From: Elusimicrobiota bacterium
Lineage (GTDB): Bacteria; Elusimicrobiota; Elusimicrobia; Elusimicrobiales; UBA9959
Assembly: GCA_027340875.1 (NCBI GenBank)
Contig: DAIENX010000017.1
Span: 1 to 16,470, forward strand
Direction: 5' to 3'
DNA length: 16,470 nucleotides
Made by a program: the position numbers and the translations under genes. How positions within the stretch are numbered: the stretch's first letter is position 1; the number at the start of each line of letters is the position of its first letter. Shown here in pieces: positions 6,155 to 15,663 of this stretch. The notes under the pieces were generated by a model. It was not told the DNA's origin, made no database searches, and worked only from the letters and a program-made list of their open reading frames with translations.

Positions 6155-7423
6155 ATGAAGGCGGCCATCTTCCTGTCCCTGCTCCTCGCGCCCGCGGCGG
6201 CACCCTGCCAGACCGCCTGGTACAGCGCCGAGACTGAAACCCCGGCGTCCCCCGCCCCCGCAGCTCCAGCCGACACGCTGGATTCCTGCCCCAAGCTTCT
6301 GAGGCTCTCGCCCGCCGACGGTTACCCGGAAGCGCAGGCCGTGCGCGAGGTGTCCGCCGTGGACCCCTCGCTGCTGCCGCTGCCGGCCGACGACCTGGAG
6401 CGCCGTAGCCTGCTGGAGACGCTGGATACGGACCTGGACTACTGGAACTCCAGGCCGGACACGGCGAAGATAACCATAGGCCAGGACATTTTCGACGCGC
6501 CGCGTATGCGCCGCACCATCAAGGCGCTTTTGGAGATATTCTCGGCGGAGATGCCGCCGGCGGACCTGTTGAACGCGCTCAAAAGCAGGTTCCGCGTCTA
6601 CCGCGCCTCCGCCGACGACGGCACCGGGAAGACCGTGATAACGGGCTACTACGAGGCCGGGCTGGACGTCTCCAGGACCCGGGACCAGGCCCACAAATAT
6701 CCCATCCTGATGAAGCCGGCGGACCTGGTGAAGACCGCGCCCGACATGGGGGTGGACTTCGACTACGGCCGCTACGACGATACCGGCAGGCTGGTGCGCC
6801 ACTACTCCACGGCCGAGATACACGCCGGGGCGCTGGACGGACGCGGCCTCGAGCTGGTCTGGTCGGAACACCCGTCGCGTATCATGCTGCTGCAGATCCA
6901 GGGCTCCGGCGTCCTGCGCTTCCCCGACGGGGACTACGCGCGCGTGGGCTTCGACGGGGCGAACGGCCACCCGTACCGCAGCGTGCAGAAGCTGCTGATG
7001 GACTGCGGCGAAGTCCCGGCCATGTCGTTCAAGGACTTCATAGCCTATCTCTCGTCGCAGGGTCCGCGCGAGGAGCGGCTTACCGACGTCAATCCCCGCT
7101 TCATCTTCTTCCGGCAGCGCCCGAAGGACAGCCGCCCCTACGGCGCGATCGGCCGCCAGCTCACCGCGGGGCGCTCGATAGCCATCGACCCCAAATACAT
7201 ACCGCTCGGCCTGTTCGGCCTGCTCAAGTCGAGGCGGCCCGTCGCCTCAGGAAGCCAGCTGACCTTCGCGGACTTCAACCGCTTCGTCTCCACCCACGAC
7301 ACGGGCTCGGCCATACGCGGCCCCGGCCGCGTGGACCTGTTCTGGGGCACAGGCGAGACCGCCGAGACTGAGGCCTCTTCGATGAAAGCCCCGGGCGAGC
7401 TATACCTCTTCGTGGTCAAGTGA
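6155..7423 (+). CDS. mltA: Lytic murein transglycosylase A (MltA plus 3D domain)
   Basis: Motifs TGYYE, LQIQGSG, NGHPYRS, NPRFIFF, RSIAIDP, DTGSAIRGPGRVDLFWG; N-terminal signal peptide. Confidence 0.93.
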   Translation: MKAAIFLSLLLAPAAAPCQTAWYSAETETPASPAPAAPADTLDSCPKLLRLSPADGYPEAQAVREVSAVDPSLLPLPADDLERRSLLETLDTDLDYWNSRPDTAKITIGQDIFDAPRMRRTIKALLEIFSAEMPPADLLNALKSRFRVYRASADDGTGKTVITGYYEAGLDVSRTRDQAHKYPILMKPADLVKTAPDMGVDFDYGRYDDTGRLVRHYSTAEIHAGALDGRGLELVWSEHPSRIMLLQIQGSGVLRFPDGDYARVGFDGANGHPYRSVQKLLMDCGEVPAMSFKDFIAYLSSQGPREERLTDVNPRFIFFRQRPKDSRPYGAIGRQLTAGRSIAIDPKYIPLGLFGLLKSRRPVASGSQLTFADFNRFVSTHDTGSAIRGPGRVDLFWGTGETAETEASSMKAPGELYLFVVK

Positions 7424-7436
7424 CCGCGCGACCCCG

Positions 7437-7487
7437 TTGACGCGTCAAGGAATCCCCCCTTGACAAATCAGGAATATCTGCTATACT
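7437..7487 (+). promoter_or_regulatory. Strong sigma70 promoter with an upstream 12-bp palindrome
   Basis: TTGACA (7460-7465)-N16-TATACT (7482-7487) with extended -10 TG; palindrome TTGACGCGTCAA at 7437-7448. Confidence 0.75.
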
Positions 7488-7493
7488 ATTTTC

Positions 7494-7584
7494 GGAGCGG
7501 AACACCTTATCGACGGTCGCTTTCCGCTCCTTTCTTTTGAGGGAGACAGAGCGGCGCGGGCATGGGCCCGCGCCGCTGCGTTTT
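7494..7584 (+). ncRNA. Candidate small RNA with two hairpins
   Basis: Starts at the predicted +1; stems 7494-7502/7522-7530 and 7550-7561/7566-7577, each followed by T-rich runs; no credible ORF. Confidence 0.5.
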
Positions 7585-7662
7585 ATCAGTTTCCCCCTAC
7601 TCTAGTAATATTTTAGGAGCCGCCAGGGACTGTCAAAAAATCCGAAATGAGCAAGGCTACCC

Positions 7663-7790
7663 GGCAGGACCGAGGGGCAGGATTAGCAAAACCGTCGTGA
7701 GGGCGAGGCTTGCATAGCGCCGAGCCCGAATGCCGAGTGAGCGCACGGTGTGCGCGAACGCGTTTTGCGTTCCTGCCCCTCGGTCATGCC
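7663..7790. repeat. Long branched inverted-repeat element
   Basis: Perfect 15-bp stem 7668-7682/7771-7785, stem gcaaaac/gttttgc and two inner hairpins with GA-rich internal loops. Confidence 0.8.
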
Positions 7791-7799
7791 AACCGGAGG

Positions 7800-8528
7800 C
7801 TAGAGTTTTTTGGAAAGCTCGTAGAAGGCGACGGCCGCCGCGTTGCTGGCGTTCAGGCTCTCCACCCCGCCCTTCTGCGGGATGGACACTATCTCGTCGC
7901 AGTGCTCGCCCGTCTTCTGGTGCAGTCCCTCGCCCTCCGAGCCTATGATCATGAAAGCCGGCAGCGCGAAATCCACCTGCGGCAGGGGCTTGCCTCCCAT
8001 GTCCAGCCCGTAGACCCAGAAGCCCCTCTCCTTGAGCTTCAGGATGGTCTGGTTCAGATTGACCACCTCGACTACGTTCACGCGCTCCACCGCGCCGGAG
8101 GCCGCCTTCTGCGCCGCCGGAGTCAGCCCGGCGGACCTGCGCTCCGGCAGGACCACGGTGCTCACGCCGAAGCAGGCCGCCGAGCGTATGATCGCGCCCA
8201 GGTTCATCGGGTCGGTTATGCCGTCCAGGCCGGCCCAGACGGTCCGCTTCAGGTCCTTCTCCAGCTGCAGCGCCTCGTCGAGAGTCAGCTTGCGGGCAGG
8301 CTCCGCCTCTATGACCACGCCCTGGTGAGCCGCGCCCTTGGCCAATTTCTCGATAGTCCGGGGATCGCAAAAATCCGGGGAAACCCCCTTGGAGCGGGCC
8401 AGCGCGGCCAGCCCGCGCACCCGCTGCCCGCTCTCGGCGCGCGAGATATAGAGCCGCAGAACCCGGCGGCGGCCGGCGGTCAGGATCTCCTCGGCGGTAT
8501 TGACGCCGAACAAAATTTCCGTGTTCAT
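7800..8528 (-). CDS. rlmB: 23S rRNA 2'-O-ribose methyltransferase, RlmB/TrmH (SPOUT) family
   Basis: HQGVV, LDGITDPMNLGAIIRSA, KAASGA, IIGSEGEGL, VESLNASNAAAV motifs; N-terminal substrate-binding domain. Confidence 0.88.
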   Translation of the reverse strand: MNTEILFGVNTAEEILTAGRRRVLRLYISRAESGQRVRGLAALARSKGVSPDFCDPRTIEKLAKGAAHQGVVIEAEPARKLTLDEALQLEKDLKRTVWAGLDGITDPMNLGAIIRSAACFGVSTVVLPERRSAGLTPAAQKAASGAVERVNVVEVVNLNQTILKLKERGFWVYGLDMGGKPLPQVDFALPAFMIIGSEGEGLHQKTGEHCDEIVSIPQKGGVESLNASNAAAVAFYELSKKL

Positions 8529-8544
8529 AAAGCGAAGCCCCCGG

Positions 8545-10182
8545 TCAGAAAGGGGACGGGTAAGCGGTATCCTTCTCCCTAGAGATCACGTAGAGCACCG
8601 CGGCCAGTATCTGGGCGGGATGCCCCAGGCGGGCGAAGGCGAAATCCATGTGCACCTGGAACCTGTCGGAGGACGACGGGTCCAGGAACACGAAGCCGGC
8701 GCGCCTGTCCTGCGCAAAAATGCCGTAGCGGGAACGCAACGCGCCGCCGAGGCTGCCGAACAGCTTGCTGAGCAGGTAGCCCTTGGGGAAGTCGTCGCGT
8801 ATCGAGAAGACCACCAGATTGTCCGTGTCCACGAACTCCCAGTAGCGGTACATGAACGTGCCCTTGCTGATAAGCCTGGCGACTTCCTTCCCGGCGCCGT
8901 CCTTTATCAGGCCGTAGGCCACCTCCGGACGGACCTCCATGACCAGATTGGACTGGGCGTCCATCAGTTGCAGCACCGGTTTGGCCGTGGCGTATTTGAA
9001 CAGGCCGATCGCCAGCGGAACGGCGAAAACGGTCTCCGGGAAGGAGGCCAGGCCGCGGCCGAGCAGCGGGACCTTCAGCAGGGCATTGGTAACGGCCGGG
9101 CCGTAGCCTACAGCGGCGAGCAGGCTCCAGACCACGTGGAAGAAGATCGCCCCGTAGACGCCGGCGGCGATATAAGCGCCGTGCTCGGAGACGTACTCCG
9201 CCATCAGCTTCTGCCTCTGGCGGGTGACCACCTGGTACATGGACTCGCTGGCCGAAGAGAACCTGGTGATCAGGAACGGGAAGAAGAAGTCGGGCGGAAC
9301 ATCGGCAGGCGGAGGAGGGAGTTTGGGGTTCTGGTACACGGAGGCCGCACCCCTGGCCACGAAGGTCCCCGCCACCCAGAGGGCTATCAGAGCGCCCCAG
9401 AAGACCGCCGGCAGGGGCGCGCGCGGCACGTACGGCGGCTGGCCGGAATCGCCCTCCTTCTTCTTAGCCAGCTCGGCCAGGAAATTCTGGGCCGCGCTCC
9501 CCGCCGCCGCGGCTATCGCGCCGCTGGAAGGCCCCACCGCAGCGGCCGCCTCCGAAGAGGAGGGAACCGCGAAGGCGTTCAGGATGGATTCCGTGGAGCC
9601 GGCCACGGTCTCGGTGGAACCCTCCGGAGACTCCTCCTTGAAGACCTGGGAACTCTCGTCCTCCTCTTTCGCGCGCTTCCGGCGCACCACCTTCACCTTC
9701 TTCGGCTTCGGGACCTCTATTTTCTCGCCCGGCTTGCGGACGCTATAGAGCATGGACCGGAAATCCCCGTCCGACATGCCCTTGGCGGACACGGCGTAGG
9801 AGGCCGAATTGTACGTGAAGAACGCTATATAGGCCGGTTCTCCCATAGATTCGTAGGAAGTGTAGTAGGCGGCGCCGACGCCGCGGATGCTGACCGGCCT
9901 CACGTCGCCGGAGAGCGTAGTGCCCTTGGAACGCAGCGAGTCCACCTGTTCCTTGACGCGGGCCTTCAGATAGTAGTCGCCCAGCTCCGACTCCTGCCTG
10001 GAGAACTCCACGAAATTCTTCGCCCTCTCCAGCTTCAGCGTCACGGAGGGATCGTCGCTCTTGCCCGGAGCCCACCCGGCCGGGAAGTCCACGGCTATGG
10101 TTTCGCCCTTGTCCTTGAACTCGCCGGGGAAGGCGGCCAGGGGCAGCATGAGCAGCAGGGAGAGAGTGGCTATATTTCGCAT
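8545..10182 (-). CDS. Hypothetical multi-domain membrane protein (545 aa)
   Basis: Signal peptide, PsbP-like 'VDFPAGW' region, low-complexity linker, about 3 TM helices and a beta-rich C-terminus; co-oriented with rlmB (16-bp gap). Confidence 0.8.
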   Translation of the reverse strand: MRNIATLSLLLMLPLAAFPGEFKDKGETIAVDFPAGWAPGKSDDPSVTLKLERAKNFVEFSRQESELGDYYLKARVKEQVDSLRSKGTTLSGDVRPVSIRGVGAAYYTSYESMGEPAYIAFFTYNSASYAVSAKGMSDGDFRSMLYSVRKPGEKIEVPKPKKVKVVRRKRAKEEDESSQVFKEESPEGSTETVAGSTESILNAFAVPSSSEAAAAVGPSSGAIAAAAGSAAQNFLAELAKKKEGDSGQPPYVPRAPLPAVFWGALIALWVAGTFVARGAASVYQNPKLPPPPADVPPDFFFPFLITRFSSASESMYQVVTRQRQKLMAEYVSEHGAYIAAGVYGAIFFHVVWSLLAAVGYGPAVTNALLKVPLLGRGLASFPETVFAVPLAIGLFKYATAKPVLQLMDAQSNLVMEVRPEVAYGLIKDGAGKEVARLISKGTFMYRYWEFVDTDNLVVFSIRDDFPKGYLLSKLFGSLGGALRSRYGIFAQDRRAGFVFLDPSSSDRFQVHMDFAFARLGHPAQILAAVLYVISREKDTAYPSPF

Positions 10183-10263
10183 GACGCGTTCACGCCGTTA
10201 AAAGCGCGGTTATAGTATAGAAAATTATATAACAGGCGCAAATCAAGAAAAACTCAAGTGCGT

Positions 10264-11283
10264 TCAGTGCGAGTGGCGGTGATGGGGATCCGGCATGTGC
10301 GCATGCTCATGCGCCAGTTCCCCGTGGCTGTGCCGGTGGGAATGCGGCCCGTCCGGACTGGCCTCATGCTCGTGGCCGTGATGCAGGTCGTCGTGGGTAT
10401 GAACATGGTCGTGCTCCATGGCCTCGTGGCGGTGCGGATGGGCGTGGGCCTCCAGCGCCAGGACCAGGAAAGCGGGCAGCATCAGCGCCCCGGACAGGAC
10501 CAGGCGCCAGCCCAGCGGCTCGCCGAACGCCGCCACCCCCAGCGCAGCGCCGATGAACGGATACGCCCCGAAAAAAGCGCCGGCCCGGGAAGCCCCGAGC
10601 CCCCGCATGGCCCGGATAAAGAACACGAGACTGACACCGTAGCTCAGCGCGCCGAGCAGCAGCGCCGCGGCGGCCCAGCCCGCAGTCGGCAGCCCGCCGG
10701 GAGAGGCCAGCGCCAGCGCGCCGTTTATCAGCCCGCCGGCCAGACCCTTTATGCTGCCTATGGCCACCGGGTCCTTCAGCGAGATCCTGGCCGTCAGGTT
10801 ATTGTCCACCCCCCACATCAGGGCCGCCGCCAGCACCAGCCCGGCGCCCCAGCCCATCCCGCCTCCACCTTCCCAGGAAAGGACCGCCCCGCCGGCAGTG
10901 ATCAGGGCGGCCGCCAGCCACAGCCGCCAGCCGCCCTGCTCCCTGAAGACCAGCACCGCTATCAGCGAGGTGAAGACCAGCTCGGAATTGAGCAGCATCG
11001 AGGCGGAGGAGGAAGACGTGCGCGCCAGCCCGGTGAACAGCAGCAGCGGCGCCAGCACGCCGCCCGCGACCGCGAAGCCTGCGACGAACGGCAGGTCCCG
11101 CCTCTCCAGGCGCGCCTCGCCGGCGCGGCCCGAGGCCAGCCTCCAGGCGAGCAGGCCGAGCCCGCTGCCCAGGTAGCACAGCGACGACAGCTCCAGCGGG
11201 CCCATATGCTCCAGCAGCGCCTTGCCGGCCGGGATCGAGACCGCGAACAGCAGCGCTGCCAGCGAAGCGGAGAGATATTCCAT
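10264..11283 (-). CDS. DMT/EamA-family transporter with His-rich C-terminal tail
   Basis: About 10 TM helices; ASMLLNSELVFTSLIAVLVFRE and GVAAFGE motifs; 23 His in the last ~60 residues. Confidence 0.9.
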   Translation of the reverse strand: MEYLSASLAALLFAVSIPAGKALLEHMGPLELSSLCYLGSGLGLLAWRLASGRAGEARLERRDLPFVAGFAVAGGVLAPLLLFTGLARTSSSSASMLLNSELVFTSLIAVLVFREQGGWRLWLAAALITAGGAVLSWEGGGGMGWGAGLVLAAALMWGVDNNLTARISLKDPVAIGSIKGLAGGLINGALALASPGGLPTAGWAAAALLLGALSYGVSLVFFIRAMRGLGASRAGAFFGAYPFIGAALGVAAFGEPLGWRLVLSGALMLPAFLVLALEAHAHPHRHEAMEHDHVHTHDDLHHGHEHEASPDGPHSHRHSHGELAHEHAHMPDPHHRHSH

Positions 11284-11354
11284 GCCTGTTATTGTACCTT
11301 AAACCGGGCTGCTGGCGGACCTTCAGCGGGGACTGATTTTTCGTCGTGAAAGCA

Positions 11355-11397
11355 TTGACTTCCGTGTGTTGACAACCTATATTTAGGTTTGTAATAT
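11355..11397 (+). promoter_or_regulatory. Tandem sigma70 promoters with an inverted-repeat operator upstream of gdhA
   Basis: TTGACT-N17-TATATT (11355-11383) and TTGACA-N17-TAATAT (11369-11397); AACCTA-N4-TAGGTT at 11374-11389. Confidence 0.6.
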
Positions 11398-11399
11398 AA

Positions 11400-12848
<1,449 letters not shown>

Positions 12849-12868
12849 GCCCCGCCTTGAGCCTGAAG

Positions 12869-12905
12869 ATAGGGCGGAGGGTGAAACCTCCGCCCTATTT
12901 CTTTT
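12869..12905 (+). terminator. Rho-independent terminator of gdhA
   Basis: atagggcggagg-gtgaaa-cctccgccctat followed by ttctttt. Confidence 0.85.
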
Positions 12906-12992
12906 GTATGATTTAGCCTGAATTCCGCAGTTCAACATGGTTTTCATTATGAAGATCGGTGAACAGAATTATTCTGCGGAATTCCCCGCGAA

Positions 12993-13038
12993 GGCCGTCT
13001 GAAGAGCATAGCTCCTGATACGGCACGGGCAGAGCCCA
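12993..13038. repeat. Third, diverged copy of the 46-bp two-hairpin unit
   Basis: ggccgtctgaagagcatagctcctgatacggcacgggcagagccca, 40/46 identical to 3473-3518. Confidence 0.9.
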
Positions 13039-13160
13039 GCGGGCGGAGGGCCCAACGCTATACGCGCCAGGCCCGAGGAGGCGTATGCCTCCCGAAGGGC
13101 GCCCGTTATGCGGACGGAAAATCTCAACTGAAATTTTCAGGTTAGACGGAGGAGCAAGCT

Positions 13161-13637
13161 ATGCCCAAGATACTGGTGGTTGACGACATCCCGGCTATCG
13201 TGGACTTCTCTAAGGAGTTCTTCGAGGACGCCGGCTTCGAGGTGCGCACGGCCGACACGGCCACCGGCGCCATCAAGGCCCAGCGGGAGTTCCGCGCGGA
13301 CGTGATCCTGCAGGACCTCAACATCCCTGAAGGCGGCGGCATGCACGTCTACGAGACTCTGCGCGCGGAGAATGATACGGTGCCGATAATCTTTTCCACC
13401 GGCAAGCCGGAGACGCTCGGGGACATAACGAAGATGATCAACGTCTCCGCCCTGCGCAAACCCACGAACCCGGACGTTCTGATGGCCGAGGTGCAGAAAC
13501 GGATAGCGGACCGCAAAGCGCCCGCCGCGCCGGCCCAGGCAGCCCCGCCTCCACCTCCGCCGCCGGCTCCCAGGCCTGCAGCCGACGATAGGCCGATGAA
13601 CCCAAATCCTCCTCCGCCGCCGAAGTTCCCGCGGTAA
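13161..13637 (+). CDS. Single-domain response regulator (REC) with Pro-rich tail
   Basis: KILVVDD, phosphoacceptor in VILQDLNIP, IIFSTG, RKP; GGAGGAG RBS. Confidence 0.92.
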   Translation: MPKILVVDDIPAIVDFSKEFFEDAGFEVRTADTATGAIKAQREFRADVILQDLNIPEGGGMHVYETLRAENDTVPIIFSTGKPETLGDITKMINVSALRKPTNPDVLMAEVQKRIADRKAPAAPAQAAPPPPPPPAPRPAADDRPMNPNPPPPPKFPR

Positions 13638-13650
13638 GCCAGCGGACCTA

Positions 13651-13686
13651 AAAAAGAAGGCGGAGCAAAGGCTCCGCCTTCTTTTT
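13651..13686. terminator. Bidirectional Rho-independent terminator
   Basis: aaaaagaaggcggagc-aaag-gctccgccttcttttt between convergent genes. Confidence 0.88.
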
Positions 13687-13703
13687 CTTCCTCTGCCGGA
13701 CGA

Positions 13704-13865
13704 CTACCTCTTCTTCCAGAAGCCGCAGGCTATCTCCGTGTGTATCACGTCCTCCGGCATCTTGTGGCCGTAACAGCGCCCCTCGCCGTCCAGGTTGGCG
13801 CACTCGTCGCAGCGCACCTTCGTCTTACCGGTCAGGAACCCCAGCAATATGCAGATATAGCGCAT
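13704..13865 (-). CDS. Small four-Cys metal/Fe-S-binding protein (53 aa, HiPIP-like spacing)
   Basis: Manual translation MRYICILLGFLTGKTKVRCDECANLDGEGRCYGHKMPEDVIHTEIACGFWKKR; AGGAGG RBS directly after the upstream gene's stop; ends just before the terminator. Not in the ORF track. Confidence 0.8.
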   Translation of the reverse strand: MRYICILLGFLTGKTKVRCDECANLDGEGRCYGHKMPEDVIHTEIACGFWKKR

Positions 13866-13875
13866 CAGCCCTCCT

Positions 13876-14463
13876 TTATTCCTCGTCCCCGCCGAAGAGC
13901 TTCCAGCTCAGTCCCAGCGTGGCGCCGGAAACGCGACGCGCGCCGCCGGCCAGATTGCTGCGGTACTCGGCGCTCAGGCTGAGCCGCCTGTTGAGCTTGA
14001 ACTCCAGCCCCGCCCCCAGAGTCGGCGCCAGGAAGCTGGAAGTGACGCGCTCTCCGTCGTCGTTCTTTTCGCGGAGGCGGGTCAGTTCCGCGCCGGCCAG
14101 CAGGTAGGGTTTCACCGCCTCCAGCTCCGCTCCGCGCCAGCGCGAGAGCATCAGCTTCGCGAGGTCCAGACCGGCCGAATTGGCGTTAGAGTCCCCCCCG
14201 TCCGTATCGCTGCGGGAATAGGAATAGTACAGCTCCAGGTCCCAGTCCAGGGCGGAGCTGCCGAGCTTCATGGAAGCCGCTTCCAGCCCGAGGCCAGCCC
14301 TCAGTTCGCTGGAGCCGGCCTCTCCGTACGAATCGGCCGAGCCGTCCAGCGAGAAGGTCAGGGCCCTCGACTGCTCCGCGCTCCCGCCGGCAGCCGCCGA
14401 AGCCGCCGGCAGCGATACAGCGAGCAGCAACGCACCGATACCGGCCATGGAGATCTTGATCAT
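13876..14463 (-). CDS. Outer-membrane beta-barrel protein (small, OmpA/OMP_b-brl-like)
   Basis: Signal peptide; alternating amphipathic strands (KPYLLAGAEL, LGAGLEFKLNRRLSLSAEYR, LGLSWKLF). Confidence 0.75.
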   Translation of the reverse strand: MIKISMAGIGALLLAVSLPAASAAAGGSAEQSRALTFSLDGSADSYGEAGSSELRAGLGLEAASMKLGSSALDWDLELYYSYSRSDTDGGDSNANSAGLDLAKLMLSRWRGAELEAVKPYLLAGAELTRLREKNDDGERVTSSFLAPTLGAGLEFKLNRRLSLSAEYRSNLAGGARRVSGATLGLSWKLFGGDEE

Positions 14464-14467
14464 AATG

Positions 14468-14914
14468 TCATGGGTACGCCACGAACTCCGCGGTGATCCG
14501 CACGGAACGCCCGCCGCCGGGGAACTCCGTGGCGGTCACGTCCTTGATCGTCAGAAGGGTCTCGTCGCAGTCGCGCCTGTAGGTCCTGGAAGGCGGCATG
14601 CCGAAGCCGGAGATATGTACCGGCTTCCCGCCGTCCCCGCCATAGAGCGCGGCGTCCGGCGCCGTCCTTTTAAGGCACCAGAGGGCCGGCTTTCCCACGG
14701 CCTTCGCCGGCGCGGCCAGCACGATTTCATACGTCAGCGAGAGCTCTTTGGCCTCTTTCAGCATCGGTCTCAGCGCGGCCCGGCGGGCCCGCTCCGCGCT
14801 GAAGGACGGCGAGAGCGACTGCAGCCAGGCCGTAGCCAGCGCCGCCAGCAGGGCCAGCAGCAGGCCGGCCCCGGCCATCGCGTACACCTTACCTATCCCT
14901 GAATTACCGGTCAT
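14468..14914 (-). CDS. Hypothetical membrane-anchored protein
   Basis: N-terminal TM helix; tightly packed between neighbours (4- and 8-bp gaps). Confidence 0.7.
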   Translation of the reverse strand: MTGNSGIGKVYAMAGAGLLLALLAALATAWLQSLSPSFSAERARRAALRPMLKEAKELSLTYEIVLAAPAKAVGKPALWCLKRTAPDAALYGGDGGKPVHISGFGMPPSRTYRRDCDETLLTIKDVTATEFPGGGRSVRITAEFVAYP

Positions 14915-14922
14915 GGCGGCCT

Positions 14923-15543
14923 TTACTGGAACGAGGGCGGCGGTTCTTTTATCGTATGTTTCTCGTCGCCGGCCTTCTTGTCCATATACTCATGGATCTC
15001 GCGGTCGTAGTCGTCCAGCTTTCCGGTCTTCTTGAAGGCGCTCTCGCCCTCGTCCTCCGCGGGAGGGTCCTTCCAGTCCTTCTTTACCTTGGCGGAGGCG
15101 GCGTTAAGGATCTCGCCCGACTCAACGCCCACCAGCCTGGCGGTCACTTCCAGGCGTCCGCGCGGCAGCTCCGTCAGGGTGCCGAGCACCAGCAGGTCCG
15201 CCCCGAGCGTCTTGCCCAGGCTCTTGATGGAATCCTGGTCCATCGCGCCGGAAGCCTGCAGCTTCAGCTCGCCCAGCACCTTCTCGATGTCCCTGCGCTC
15301 GGTGACCTTGAACTTGCCCAGCTTCACGAGCTCCACCGTGAGCCTCTCGGAGACCACGCCGCCGTCGCCGGAATTCCTCCCGTCGGGGTAGGCGAAGCTG
15401 GCCACTCCTATCTTCGCCCCCGGCCGGGCTTTCTCCCTCAGCAGCTCGCGCGCCAGCCGGCGGTAGGGCGCTGACCAGGACGGCTCTCCGGCCGTCGCCT
15501 GCAGCGGCCCCAACAGCAGAAACAGCGATAGCAGCATCTTCAT
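14923..15543 (-). CDS. FlgO/CsgG-HfaB-like (TolB-N fold) exported protein (206 aa)
   Basis: Start MKMLLSLFLLLGP after GAGGTG RBS; motifs IGVASF, FKVTERRDIEKVLGELKLQASG, LGKTLGADLLVLGTL, ARLVGVESGEIL. Confidence 0.85.
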   Translation of the reverse strand: MKMLLSLFLLLGPLQATAGEPSWSAPYRRLARELLREKARPGAKIGVASFAYPDGRNSGDGGVVSERLTVELVKLGKFKVTERRDIEKVLGELKLQASGAMDQDSIKSLGKTLGADLLVLGTLTELPRGRLEVTARLVGVESGEILNAASAKVKKDWKDPPAEDEGESAFKKTGKLDDYDREIHEYMDKKAGDEKHTIKEPPPSFQ

Positions 15544-15663
15544 AGCGGACACCTCGTCCTTCTTCCGCATATTATGCGAGAAAATCCCGGTCCTTTCAAG
15601 AGCCGCCGCGCCCGCGCAAAAGCCGCTTTTCTTTTGTATCATCTGTCTTATGGAGGCAGAGAC

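Noticed and set aside
7562..7717. 51-codon ORF (MGPRRCVL...) downstream of the orphan promoter
   Set aside because: Its ATG is buried in the loop of a 12-bp GC stem, SD spacing is poor and codon usage is atypical.
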